Origin: a virus
Lineage: Duplodnaviria > Caudoviricetes
Strand: one strand, 5' to 3'
Length of the DNA: 32,023 nt
Virus record (IMG/VR): IMGVR_UViG_3300048599_000029
Coordinates: 1-32,023 of that record
Shown: piece after piece, positions 18,377 through 27,369 of the stretch
How positions within the stretch are numbered: position 1 is the stretch's first letter
Layout: each line of letters opens with the position of its first letter
Notes under the pieces: model-generated
What the model was told of the DNA's origin: nothing
The model's database searches: none
Seen by the model: the letters and a program-made list of their open reading frames with translations, nothing else
Position numbers and translations under genes: made by a program

Positions 18377-18498
18377 CGGTGTCCCCTCTCGTGGCAGCCG
18401 CAGATCCAGCCGGGCTGCGTGGTGGTCGGACGGCAGTGGGCGTGATCGTGCACGAGGCACCAGCCGCAGGACTGGCGGTCGATGGGCTGCTCAGTCAT
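18373..18498 (-). CDS. Cys/His-rich microprotein (41 aa)
   Basis: Manual translation MTEQPIDRQSCGWCLVHDHAHCRPTTTQPGWICGCHERGHR; GGAGG RBS; below the ORF-track size cutoff. Confidence 0.55.
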   Translation of the reverse strand: MTEQPIDRQSCGWCLVHDHAHCRPTTTQPGWICGCHERGHR

Positions 18499-18531
18499 CG
18501 CTGGATCGCCTCCCCGATCGCTGCAACGACG

Positions 18532-19401
18532 TCATCCCAGCCACTCCTCGTCATCGGACATGCTCTCCAGGAGCTGGTAGGCGGCGCTGCGTTCGGCGTC
18601 ATCGGGCCACGGCGCCAACCGCTTCACCGCCTCCAGGACGCGGTTCCAGTCGTGCTCGCCGACCTCGGGCCAGTCTTCCCACTCGCCGGCGTCCTCAGCG
18701 GCGGATGCGATGATGGCGCGGGCGATGGTGTCGATGGCAGCCTGTACGCCGATCTGATCCTCTGGAATCTCCGGGGGTGAATCCGTGTGCCTCTGGACGG
18801 CTTCCACAGAGGTAAAACGATAAAGCTGGTCGCTCATGCCGGTTCCTGCACGTCCCGGCTCGACCTCCAGCGCCTTGCGGAGGTAGAACGTGCTGACAAG
18901 CCCGCGCCAGTCGTTGGGGCGTCTGTCGGCGTCGGCACAGAGCGCCTTCACGGCGGCCACCTTCACGGCCAGCGTGTCCCGCTCAGCCTGAGCCTTCTCG
19001 GCACGGGCACGGGCGTCGTCACGTTCGATCTGCACGAGCCTGGTCGAGGCGGCCACGAGAGATGCCAGGCGCTTGGTCTTGTCCGGCGAACCGGAGATGG
19101 CCTCTCGCAGCCGTCGCACCTCGGCGATCAGCGCCGGCACGGCCTCGCGGGCTGCGGCGATGAATGCCGTGTCCCGGTGTTCCGAGACTCGGATCTCGGA
19201 GCCCTTGGCGAACATCAGCCCGTCTCCCTGAACGAGGGGCTGAGCACGGTTCATGCCCCAGCGGCCGAAGCCGAGAATGATCGGCGACCAGCGCGAGCGC
19301 GACACGAGGTTGATGTCGAGCTTCGTCTGCTGCCAGTACCACGGCCCCGGCGTTGCGGCGCTGGCGAGTGCTTCGAGGCGGTCCAGATCGAGGTCAGACA
19401 T
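18532..19401 (-). CDS. Ead/Ea22-like protein, probably chimeric
   Basis: N-terminal LDRLEALASAATPGPW...DTAFIAAAREAVPALIAEVRRLR, a coiled coil, then an unrelated acidic domain. Confidence 0.7.
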   Translation of the reverse strand: MSDLDLDRLEALASAATPGPWYWQQTKLDINLVSRSRWSPIILGFGRWGMNRAQPLVQGDGLMFAKGSEIRVSEHRDTAFIAAAREAVPALIAEVRRLREAISGSPDKTKRLASLVAASTRLVQIERDDARARAEKAQAERDTLAVKVAAVKALCADADRRPNDWRGLVSTFYLRKALEVEPGRAGTGMSDQLYRFTSVEAVQRHTDSPPEIPEDQIGVQAAIDTIARAIIASAAEDAGEWEDWPEVGEHDWNRVLEAVKRLAPWPDDAERSAAYQLLESMSDDEEWLG

Positions 19402-20014
19402 GGTCGACTCCCATCACCCGGTCGTAGATGGCTACGGTCCACAGCACGTCCCCGAGTGCGGTGTGCCGCTCGAACTGATCCGGGTCGACCCCGATCGCGC
19501 GGGACAGCGCCTCGGACCTGTGCTCGGGGATCGGCTCACCCTTGGCGGCGAGGTAGCCGAGCATGAGCGGCACGACACCGACGAGCTGGTGGTCCCACTC
19601 AGGTTGGCGCGGATACCACTCCTGGTGGCCGCCGAGCGGCGACGACACCCATTCTGATCGACGGTTTGCGTGACGGCGGATCAGACGCCCGACCCGTTGG
19701 GCATCGAAGTCTGGTGCCGACCCGATCCAGATCGGCTTCCCCTCGCCGTCACGCTGGCCGAGGAAGGCGCAGATCTTGTTGGCGGCCTCGCGCCGGCTGT
19801 TCGGGTGGTGTGGGAACCGCGCGCGGTGGTCGGCCAGGAACGACTCAGGCAGTTGCGAGCACTCGGCCCGGCTGTGCTTGATGAACAGGTGTAGCTGCTC
19901 GCTGGCGCCGTCGGGGTTGCTCCGGATGCCGGCGAACTCCCAGATGTCGGCGTCGGGTTCGAGGCCGGTGGTTTCACAATCCACAAAGATGATCGGTCGG
20001 TTCATGGTTGCCAT
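19394..20014 (-). CDS. DEDDh 3'-5' exonuclease (DnaQ-like)
   Basis: FVDCETTGL, APDFDA and HTALGDV motifs. Start MATMNRP at 20014 after GAGG. Confidence 0.85.
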   Translation of the reverse strand: MATMNRPIIFVDCETTGLEPDADIWEFAGIRSNPDGASEQLHLFIKHSRAECSQLPESFLADHRARFPHHPNSRREAANKICAFLGQRDGEGKPIWIGSAPDFDAQRVGRLIRRHANRRSEWVSSPLGGHQEWYPRQPEWDHQLVGVVPLMLGYLAAKGEPIPEHRSEALSRAIGVDPDQFERHTALGDVLWTVAIYDRVMGVDHV

Positions 20015-20025
20015 TTCGGCCTCTC

Positions 20026-20622
20026 TCAGTCGGTTGTTTGGCTGGACGTCAGGAAGGACTCGGCCGCACTGCGGCTCCATCCGTGGGCGCGTGTGTACTC
20101 GACGAAGCCCATGCCGAGCGCCTGGGCTGCTTGGCGGATGAGTTCGTTCTTGCCCATCGCGCAGTCGCGGCAGCGACGCTTCCCGTAGCCACTCATGATG
20201 AGCTGGTGGCCGCGGGCACAGACATCGCTCGTTTCGCAGGCTCTGGCCGCGAGGTTGACTCGCTGGGTTACTACCCGGAGGTGCTGCGGGTTGGCGCAGG
20301 CTCGCTTGTGACACCCGTGCGGCCCGTCGTGATCGATGACCAGTTCGGCTCGGAACAGGCCGTTCAGCGCTATCCACACCACGCGATGCACCATGAGCGG
20401 CGATCGTTTGCAGTCGGTCGCCGTCGAGTTCGTCCGACCGTAGCCATCCGCGGTCTTGTAGCCCGTCCACGTCCAGCACTGATCTGGGTCTGGGTATCCA
20501 GCCAGCTTTGCCGTCACCCTGCTGAACCATCCTGGAACAGCAAGGGACCGTAGGATTAGGTGATCGTTAGTAGCTGCGATATGTCTGTTTTCGCGCGCGC
20601 GTACTGTACTTACTTTGCTCAC
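20026..20622 (-). CDS. HNH endonuclease (free-standing, homing type)
   Basis: CWTWTG...DGYG...VHRVVW...IDH...CANPQHLRVVTQRVN plus a CARGH...CRDC finger. Lower GC; start uncertain. Confidence 0.8.
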   Translation of the reverse strand: MSKVSTVRARENRHIAATNDHLILRSLAVPGWFSRVTAKLAGYPDPDQCWTWTGYKTADGYGRTNSTATDCKRSPLMVHRVVWIALNGLFRAELVIDHDGPHGCHKRACANPQHLRVVTQRVNLAARACETSDVCARGHQLIMSGYGKRRCRDCAMGKNELIRQAAQALGMGFVEYTRAHGWSRSAAESFLTSSQTTD

Positions 20623-20790
20623 TTGAGTTTATTCCTTACTCCCTAGAGAAGTAACCAAAGGGATCGGAGACAAGGGCCCCCTGGGGGGCCCGCGTCAGCG
20701 GGGGGAGATGGGTTTGGGTATGGGTATGGGTATGGGGTCTTGGTAGTCACGCGTTACACCCCGGGGGTACGTAACGCGTTACATACCGGG
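20590..20790. other. Putative replication origin
   Basis: Palindrome GTAACGCGTTAC (20771-20782), near copy GTCACGCGTTAC (20746-20757), three TGGGTA repeats, a GGGCCCCC/GGGGGCCC inverted repeat and an AT-rich tract, all directly after the initiator-like gene. Confidence 0.55.
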
Positions 20791-21183
20791 ATCGTCCGGT
20801 AGTTCCTCCTGCCGTTTCCGGCCCCTGAACTTGCGCTGTCTGGCCGCGTTCGCTGCCCGGTCCTCGACGAGCTCGGCGGCTGTTGGGTTGCAGTCGTGCC
20901 AGTCGTGGAACACCCACCCCCCGCCAGAACGGTCGACGGAGGGCAGGATGCACTCGCAGGGACCTTCGTAGGGCAACGGGTGCCAGAGCTTCACGTCTAC
21001 GAGCTGGCTGGCGAGGCGCTTGCCGCCGGACCATGTGGCGACGTACTCGACCGGGACGCGCCCGTCGAGGCCGTAGTCGGCTGAGTACGTCCCGGACATC
21101 GCCCACAGTCCCATTGCGGTGAGGCCGGCCTTGCGCGCCTTGGGGTGGTCGTGGAGCTTGTCGTCTTCCCTGAACCATGCCAT
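20779..21183 (-). CDS. Replication initiator-like N-terminal domain (short or truncated, 134 aa)
   Basis: MAWFREDDKLHDHPK...AMGLW...DGRVP...LVDVKLW...GWVFHDWHDCNP...RQRKFR, the usual start of actinophage RepA-like proteins. Confidence 0.75.
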   Translation of the reverse strand: MAWFREDDKLHDHPKARKAGLTAMGLWAMSGTYSADYGLDGRVPVEYVATWSGGKRLASQLVDVKLWHPLPYEGPCECILPSVDRSGGGWVFHDWHDCNPTAAELVEDRAANAARQRKFRGRKRQEELPDDPGM

Positions 21184-22034
21184 CAGGCGGCTTCCTCTCT
21201 GGTGAGTCGTTCCCACAGGTCGGGCTCGGTGCGGTGAATCGCGGCGTAGAGCGTCGGCCGGGTCGTGTCGAGGCGTTCGAGGATCGTTGGCAGACGTAGC
21301 CCTCCTTCAAACAGCCAGCGGGCCTTGTCGGCCATCGTCTCGACCGCGCCCTGCTCGGGATCGGTGTACGGGGTGGCGTTCGGGTTGTCGATGCCGTGCG
21401 GGCCGTGTCCGTCGTCCCAGGCCATCGGCTTCGCCCACCCGTTCGCGGCGGCCCGCTTGCGGGAGAAGACGTCGGAGTGTCCTGGGTTGGGCGGAGGCGT
21501 CTTGTCCCACAGTTCGTCGTAGGCGGCTGCGACCCGGCGCCTGGTCTCGGAGAAGCACCGCTCGCCCGGGGTCAGCAGGCGTGCGATGTTGCATTCCGCA
21601 ATCCCGGCCGCCTTGGCGATCTTCGAGTTGCTCCATCCGAGAGCGACGAGCGCCTGGATGCGTCGCCTGGTGCCGGTGGCGTCCACCTCGCCGGAGGGCT
21701 GATCGGCTGCTGCGACGGGGCGGACGGCGGCGAGGCTGGCGTACAGCTTCGTGGCGAGGGTCCGCTGATCGCCGCGCAGCAGCCGCACGATCGCGGACGG
21801 GCACAGGCCGGATCGGCGGCTGATCTCGGCCCGGCCCATGCCCGAGTCGAGCAGTCGCCGAAGGTGCACGACAGCAACCGCGGCGGGAACGCTTGCAGGG
21901 CGCCCAGAAGCGTTGTTATGCCGCCGACGCTTCTGGTAGGCGTTCCCCGCTGCCCGGCAAGGGTCACAGCGGCAGCGGCAATTGCTGTAGCAGGAGTATG
22001 TGCCCGGCTGGTGGCGGGCGCAGGTGTGGCTCAC
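21183..22034 (-). CDS. DNA-binding protein (Cys cluster plus tandem HTH-like regions)
   Basis: GTG at 22034. CRCRCDPCR, HLRRLLDSGMGRAEISRRSG, DATGTRRRIQALVALGWS and PMAWDD motifs. Confidence 0.75.
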   Translation of the reverse strand: MSHTCARHQPGTYSCYSNCRCRCDPCRAAGNAYQKRRRHNNASGRPASVPAAVAVVHLRRLLDSGMGRAEISRRSGLCPSAIVRLLRGDQRTLATKLYASLAAVRPVAAADQPSGEVDATGTRRRIQALVALGWSNSKIAKAAGIAECNIARLLTPGERCFSETRRRVAAAYDELWDKTPPPNPGHSDVFSRKRAAANGWAKPMAWDDGHGPHGIDNPNATPYTDPEQGAVETMADKARWLFEGGLRLPTILERLDTTRPTLYAAIHRTEPDLWERLTREEAA

Positions 22035-22189
22035 GGGAGCACCTCCAGTCGCATCGTGGTGGCGGTTCTGAGTAGCCTCTCGGCGCGTCTGCGGTCGGCG
22101 TCCGTCCACTGGGTTGATCGCCAGAACGCGAGGGCGGATTCGAGGTCGCCGGCGGCGAGGGCGTGGAGCAGCTGCTCGTAGCGGGTCAT
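22031..22189 (-). CDS. Hypothetical protein (52 aa)
   Basis: ATGA and GTGA overlaps at its two ends. Confidence 0.55.
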   Translation of the reverse strand: MTRYEQLLHALAAGDLESALAFWRSTQWTDADRRRAERLLRTATTMRLEVLP

Positions 22190-23748
22190 GCTGCGACATC
22201 CGATCCGTGCAGGCACTCGTACAGCCGCTCGCCGAGGAACTGGCCGACTGGCGGGGAGACAGCGTTGCCGTAGCCGTCGACCCGGTCACGTTCGGAGCCC
22301 CACACGACGAACGTGCCCGGATGGTCGGGGAAGTCGACGTCGAAACCGCAGCCGCGGCCGATCTCGTGGGAGCCGAGCATTCGGAAGTAGCAGTCGTCGA
22401 GGGTGAGGTCGGCGAGCATGGCGCGCCACTCGGCGGCCAGGAGGGCGGTAGTGTCCCGGCTGGTCGATCCGGGATGCTCGTAGCTGTTCGCGGTCTGCAT
22501 GATCGCCCCCGTGGTGAGCAGGGCAGCCTCTTGCTGGCCGGTCTGCGTCGCGAGTGGCTCGGACGGGTTCCGTTCCGCGCCGCGGGTTGCTTTCGCGGGC
22601 ATGATCATGGCCGACAGCAGCGCAGTCTCCTGCTGCGCGGTCTGGGTCGGCATCGGATCGGTCACAGGCTTTCCCGTGGTGTGCTCGCCGCGGCGGGTGA
22701 TGGGCATGAGGACGGCCGGGAAGTCGGCGAACCGCTGGCGGCAGCGTTCAGCCCTCGCCATGGTTGCGGGGGCGAGCGCCTTCTTCCGGTCCCCGATCCG
22801 GGTGCCAAGGTTCGTCAGGTCGAGCGCATACAGCGACGGCGCGAACTCGGGCACAACCTCGGAATGGCAGGTGCGGCAGCGGTACACATACTGCTTGCCC
22901 CAGCGGACCGACCCGGTCGGCGGGACGCCGGTCTTCCAGGTCCAGCGGGCCTCGTCAACCGTCCCGCACTTCTGGCACAGGGCGAGCGGGCGGTGCTCTA
23001 GATCGGGAGTGGGCAGGGCGGCGTCCCACATGCAGATGTACAGCCGGTCCCGCGACTGCGGCACCCCGAAGAACATCGAGTTGAGGTACAGCTCGCGGTA
23101 GCGGTAGCCGAGCTTGGTGAACTCGCGCAGCCACCAGCGGTAGGTGGACCCGTCGCCGACCTTGCGGCGTCCGGGCAGGGCGTAGCCCCACGACTGGAGC
23201 TCGGTGGTGCATTCGATGAGGATCAGGCGGGGGTGATGCTTGCCGGCGTACTGGAGGACGCAGGTGGCGGTGGCCCGGTCTCGTTCGGAGCGGGTGACCC
23301 GCTCCTCCCAGTCCGGGTCGTCCATGTCGAACAGCGACAGCCCGTCTTGGTAGGCCTTCTGGGTGTTCGCCTGGGAGTGGTTGACACAGGACACCCCGGC
23401 GACGAGCAGGTCGGCGTAGGGCAGGTCGGTTGCGGAGTGATAGTCGGCGGCGTCCGGGTCCACCAGGTCGGCGATCCAGTGCTCGACCTCGGGGTGGTTG
23501 GCTTCGTGGACCTCGACCTTGTACCGGTTGTGGTTCGCGGCCATGATCATCGTGAAGCCGGCGATCTTGATGCCGAGCGTCAGCCCGCCGAACCCGGAGA
23601 ACATGTCCAGCGCGGTGTAGCCGTCGTGCCGATAGTTGCGCTTGTGGATGGCGGGCCGGTGTTCGGCGGTCCGGGTGAACGGCGAGCCACCAGGCTTCGC
23701 GGCGCGGCGCGGACCGGCAGCGCGACGGGGCTTGTCCTTGACGATCAC
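22186..23748 (-). CDS. DNA cytosine-C5 methyltransferase
   Basis: GTG at 23748 after GGAGG. Motif I DMFSGFGG, motif IV AGVSCVNHS, motif VI IECTTE, motif VIII VPQSRDRLY, motif X GNAVSPPV. Confidence 0.88.
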   Translation of the reverse strand: MIVKDKPRRAAGPRRAAKPGGSPFTRTAEHRPAIHKRNYRHDGYTALDMFSGFGGLTLGIKIAGFTMIMAANHNRYKVEVHEANHPEVEHWIADLVDPDAADYHSATDLPYADLLVAGVSCVNHSQANTQKAYQDGLSLFDMDDPDWEERVTRSERDRATATCVLQYAGKHHPRLILIECTTELQSWGYALPGRRKVGDGSTYRWWLREFTKLGYRYRELYLNSMFFGVPQSRDRLYICMWDAALPTPDLEHRPLALCQKCGTVDEARWTWKTGVPPTGSVRWGKQYVYRCRTCHSEVVPEFAPSLYALDLTNLGTRIGDRKKALAPATMARAERCRQRFADFPAVLMPITRRGEHTTGKPVTDPMPTQTAQQETALLSAMIMPAKATRGAERNPSEPLATQTGQQEAALLTTGAIMQTANSYEHPGSTSRDTTALLAAEWRAMLADLTLDDCYFRMLGSHEIGRGCGFDVDFPDHPGTFVVWGSERDRVDGYGNAVSPPVGQFLGERLYECLHGSDVAA

Positions 23749-23776
23749 CGCCGCCTCCGTCCGGCCATGCTGACGT

Positions 23777-24157
23777 TCATGCACGGCGGAGAGTTGCGCT
23801 TTTGGCCTCAGCGACCATCTGCTCCCAATCGCCGCGGACGCCCGCGGGCAGATCGAACACGACCACTTCGCCCTCGACCACCACGGGCGGCACGTTCGCG
23901 GCGATGATCGCCAGGACGTCTTCGCTCTCCATCCATCCCTCGGTGGGGTCGTCGCCGTTCGCGATCGGCGCCAGCTCGGGGCAACCCTCGGGCCAGTCGC
24001 AGTAGTCGGTCGGCCAGCCGGGCTCGCCGACCTGCAGCGTCCAGACGCCATGGCGGGCACGGAAGTAGAACGGGCGATCGCTCTCGGTGTATCGGCCCGT
24101 GGCCTGGGTCGGGCAGGCTCCGCCGATGTCCTCGACGATGAATGCGTCCGCGCTCAT
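23777..24157 (-). CDS. Hypothetical phage protein (126 aa)
   Basis: ATG at 24157 in an ATGA overlap; GACPTQATG...PFYFRARHG. Confidence 0.7.
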   Translation of the reverse strand: MSADAFIVEDIGGACPTQATGRYTESDRPFYFRARHGVWTLQVGEPGWPTDYCDWPEGCPELAPIANGDDPTEGWMESEDVLAIIAANVPPVVVEGEVVVFDLPAGVRGDWEQMVAEAKSATLRRA

Positions 24158-24294
24158 GGCTGTGTCCTTCGGTGCTGGTTGAGGTGGGTCTGCCGCATCG
24201 ACTCGGCGGCAGCGGGGGTGGTGGCGGTGCCGAGCCAGGGGCAGTGTGGGCAGGAGGCGGGCCACATGCCGGTGGGCGTGGGGGTGGCGGTCAT
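24154..24294 (-). CDS. C2H2-like microprotein (46 aa)
   Basis: ATGA-coupled at both ends; CPHC...HLNQH. Confidence 0.55.
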   Translation of the reverse strand: MTATPTPTGMWPASCPHCPWLGTATTPAAAESMRQTHLNQHRRTQP

Positions 24295-27200
24295 GAGGCG
24301 AGCCCTTCGAGGTCGAACAGGGTGGGCATGCCTTGGCTGCGCTCCTCGGCCTCGAGGTACTTGACGGAGTCGAGCCAGTAGCCAGGGTTGAGCTCGACGC
24401 CCTGGCCGCGACGGCCCATGCGGAGCGCCATCATGGGAACGGTGCCGAGTCCCGCGAACGGGTCGAACACAAGTTCGCCGGTGTTGGAGTACCGGCGGAT
24501 CAGGCGCTCGACGATGTCGAACTGCAGGGGGCATACGTGCAGGACCTGGGCGCGGTGGGATTGCTCGCCGTTGAGGGTTCTCATCCGATTCACGTCGTGC
24601 CAGACGTCCTCGTGCCAAGATCCGGGGGCCAAGCTCATGAAGGTCGCCGGGAGGGCCCCCCGGGCCTCCATCTGCTCGCCGATCCGGACATGGCTCTCGT
24701 AGTCGTAGACCTGCTGCAGGGTCTGCTCGGTGAACAGCCGTGAGCGATCTTCGACCGACAGCGCGGCGAGTTCGTCTGGGGTGAGCATCCGGTCGCCGGA
24801 GGAGCGCCAGAACGCGTGCGCGTCGATCTGCCAGCGAGCGCGGGTGTAGTCGGCCTTGTCCTTTGTGACGGGGGTGTCGGCGTAGCCGCGGGTGAGGTCG
24901 GTCTGGGGCTTGCGGAAGAGCAGGATGTACTCGGGGCAGCCGACGCCCATCTTGGTGGAGTCCTTCGAGTTCTCTGTCCAGCCGAGCCGATACGTCTGGT
25001 TGTTCTCCCGGACGACGTCGGTGACGACGGTGATCATGCCGACCTTCTTGAAGCCGTGCTTCTCGGCGTGGAAGACCGCCTCCTCGTGGAAGTTGTCTAC
25101 GGTCGGGAAGCCGAGCCCGGTCACGTTGCCGAACAGGACGCGGTCCTTGACGTGGCAGGCGTAGATCCGGCCGGGGGCGAGCACTCGGTACAGCTCGGGG
25201 GTCAGGTAGTCCATCTGCGCCCAGAAGTGCTCGTTGTTGTCGGTGTGGCCGAAGTCGTTGTAGCTGGGGGTGTACTCGTAGTGGTTCGCGAACGGGATCG
25301 AGGTGACGATCAGGTCGACCGAGTCCGACGACATCGAGGCGGTCTCGGGGACGCAGTCGTTGTTCGCGAGCAGCCAGCCGGCGCCTGACGCCTCCACGCG
25401 CTCGATGCCGAGCGAGCGTTCCAGCGCTGCGGCGATGTCGGCGCGGGCAAGTCCGTACTCCCGGATGATGTCGGTCATGGTGGCGGTCAACTCCTTGTGC
25501 TTGGCCCACTTCGCGCGGATCGTCTGGACGACCTCGCGCTCGGTGTCGGTGTGGATGAGGTGCACTTCGCAGGTCCGGGACTGGCCGAACCGCTGCACCC
25601 GGTGGATGGACTGGATGAGGTCGTTGAACTTGAACGTGAGCCCGACGTAGATGGCCTTGTTGCACTGCTGGAAGTTCATGCCCTGGCCGAGCATGACCGG
25701 CTTGCCGATCAGCGCGACGGTCTCGCGGTCGCGCCACTGGCCGATGCGCCGCTCAACCTCGTCCGGGTCGAGTGACCCGTACACCGACGAGTAGCTGATG
25801 CCGCGCGCCCGGAGCAGATGCTCGAGCGCGGCCTGTTCGGCGTTCAGGTCGCACCACAGGATCACCTGGTCGAGGTCGTCCCCGTAGCTGTCGAGGATGG
25901 CGCCAACTTCGGCGACCCGTTCGGCGATCGACTCGCGCTTCTCCCGGGCCGCGTCCGGCAGTCCCATCGACACGCCCCGGAACAGGTGCCCTTGCCCGTC
26001 GCGGTCGGTTGGGGTGTCTCCCGGGTTGAACAGCACCTCGTGCCATTCGAGGTCGAGTTCGGGAAGTTCGTAGCCGTCGTCCTCACATGGGCAGGGTTCG
26101 CCGGCGTGGTCGGCGATTGTTCGCCTGCTCTGCGCGGGTCGCCCATCGGCAGTTACCGGGCTCGTAGTTCCCGTCGTTGTCGATGCGGTCGAGGGTGTAT
26201 CCGTCGGCCGGCTCTCCCATGTCGGCGAGGAAGTTGCTGAAGGTGCGCCAGCGCTCGCAGACGGCGATCCCGCGGCCGCCGTAGTCTGCCCAGTTCTTGT
26301 GGTTGGGTCGGCGGCAGCGGTCGAGCATCCCGAGCCAGATGCGGTGGACGCGGGTGCGGTTTCGTCCGTGAGGGGGGCGAAGGCAGCCGCAGCTGCGCGC
26401 ACGTCCGCTCCTGAGGTGGTTGGACGTGGCGATGCGCTCGGCGCCGCAATCGCAGCGACATAGCCAGCCGCCGGTGCGTCCTGGTCCGGGCTGCCAAGTG
26501 ACGGCGACAAGACGGCCGAAGCGCTGGCCTTGGAGGTCGAGATGGGGTCGTGGCATGTGCACCTACAGAGGTCGGAGGGTCGTTGCAGGAAGATGGCCCA
26601 CGAGTTCATCCACAGGAAGAACTCGTCCCGCTTGTGCGGGTAGAGCGTGAGGTTGTTCGCCTGGGTGGAGTCGCGCTGGAAGAACCGGGTGAGCGCGGCG
26701 CCGGTGTCCATGATGTCGAGGTAGCCGGCGTAGTGGATGAGTTCCTTGTGCCGGTTCGGGCTGGGCGTGGCGGTGGCGACGAAGCGGTACGGGATGCTGT
26801 CGAACAGCGGCAGGAACTCCTGGTAGGTCTTGGAGCCGAACGAGCGGAGCACGGACGCTTCGTCGAGGCTGACCGCGGTGAAGGCGTCGACGTCGAGCTT
26901 CCCGTCGCGGACCGACTCGTAGTTGGTGATGTACAGGCCGTCGCCGTCGATCTGTTCGGTGCGACGGATGAACCTCAACTCGATGTCGAGCTTGATGGCA
27001 TCCTTGGCGAACTCGATGCGGACGCCGAGCGGGCACACGATCAGGGCCCGGCCGCCTTCGCGGGCGAGGATCAGCCGCAGGATTTCGAGCTGCATGAAGC
27101 TCTTGCCGAGCCCGAACGCGGCGAAGATTGCGCGCCGTCCGCCTTCGACGGCCCACTTGACGATCGCCTTCTGGTGGGGTTTGAGCTTGGGGTTGATCTG

Positions 27201-27299
27201 GTGCGGGTCGCACGCGAAGCCGTACCGCTGGGCGATCGGCTTCTTGGCGCGCAGCAGGGCCTCGTATCCGGCGAGGTCGCCGTGGAGTACTGCGGTCAT
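24291..27299 (-). CDS. SNF2-like helicase / amino (N4-C or N6-A) DNA methyltransferase fusion with an in-frame insert
   Basis: Start MTAVLHG at 27299. Helicase motifs [26 protein letters not shown] and [11 protein letters not shown]. MTase motifs VTSIPF then FDPFAGLGT (beta order). About 161 aa of low-complexity sequence interrupts the helicase. Confidence 0.9.
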   Translation of the reverse strand: MTAVLHGDLAGYEALLRAKKPIAQRYGFACDPHQINPKLKPHQKAIVKWAVEGGRRAIFAAFGLGKSFMQLEILRLILAREGGRALIVCPLGVRIEFAKDAIKLDIELRFIRRTEQIDGDGLYITNYESVRDGKLDVDAFTAVSLDEASVLRSFGSKTYQEFLPLFDSIPYRFVATATPSPNRHKELIHYAGYLDIMDTGAALTRFFQRDSTQANNLTLYPHKRDEFFLWMNSWAIFLQRPSDLCRCTCHDPISTSKASASAVLSPSLGSPDQDAPAAGYVAAIAAPSASPRPTTSGADVRAAAAAFAPLTDETAPASTASGSGCSTAAADPTTRTGQTTAAAGSPSASAGAPSATSSPTWESRPTDTPSTASTTTGTTSPVTADGRPAQSRRTIADHAGEPCPCEDDGYELPELDLEWHEVLFNPGDTPTDRDGQGHLFRGVSMGLPDAAREKRESIAERVAEVGAILDSYGDDLDQVILWCDLNAEQAALEHLLRARGISYSSVYGSLDPDEVERRIGQWRDRETVALIGKPVMLGQGMNFQQCNKAIYVGLTFKFNDLIQSIHRVQRFGQSRTCEVHLIHTDTEREVVQTIRAKWAKHKELTATMTDIIREYGLARADIAAALERSLGIERVEASGAGWLLANNDCVPETASMSSDSVDLIVTSIPFANHYEYTPSYNDFGHTDNNEHFWAQMDYLTPELYRVLAPGRIYACHVKDRVLFGNVTGLGFPTVDNFHEEAVFHAEKHGFKKVGMITVVTDVVRENNQTYRLGWTENSKDSTKMGVGCPEYILLFRKPQTDLTRGYADTPVTKDKADYTRARWQIDAHAFWRSSGDRMLTPDELAALSVEDRSRLFTEQTLQQVYDYESHVRIGEQMEARGALPATFMSLAPGSWHEDVWHDVNRMRTLNGEQSHRAQVLHVCPLQFDIVERLIRRYSNTGELVFDPFAGLGTVPMMALRMGRRGQGVELNPGYWLDSVKYLEAEERSQGMPTLFDLEGLAS
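26083..26556 (-). CDS. HNH homing-type endonuclease nested out of frame in the helicase-methylase gene
   Basis: [12 protein letters not shown]...WLCRCDCG...[11 protein letters not shown]...WLGMLDRC...[12 protein letters not shown]...FLADMG...[20 protein letters not shown]...QANN, a full-length recognisable phage HNH. Confidence 0.9.
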   Translation of the reverse strand: MPRPHLDLQGQRFGRLVAVTWQPGPGRTGGWLCRCDCGAERIATSNHLRSGRARSCGCLRPPHGRNRTRVHRIWLGMLDRCRRPNHKNWADYGGRGIAVCERWRTFSNFLADMGEPADGYTLDRIDNDGNYEPGNCRWATRAEQANNRRPRRRTLPM

Positions 27300-27325
27300 G
27301 GTCTCTCTGGTCTCTCGGGTATGGC

Positions 27326-27361
27326 GAAGGCCCCCGCCACTGCTGTGGGTCGGGGGCCTTC
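27326..27361. terminator. Stem-loop upstream of the helicase-methylase gene
   Basis: 11-bp inverted repeat GAAGGCCCCCG / CGGGGGCCTTC with an inner CCAC/GTGG stem, in an intergenic gap. Confidence 0.6.
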
Positions 27362-27369
27362 TGTGTTGG

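Noticed and set aside
20710-20785. Short repeats as a CRISPR array
   Set aside because: Only hexamer tandem repeats and two 12-bp palindromes; no repeat-spacer periodicity and no cas genes.
26085-26567. Intein or group I intron as the explanation for the helicase insert
   Set aside because: The insert starts with Cys but has no intein blocks or terminal His-Asn, and the endonuclease is out of frame. The HNH ORF occupies the whole insert, leaving no evident ribozyme core. Not formally excluded without RT-PCR.
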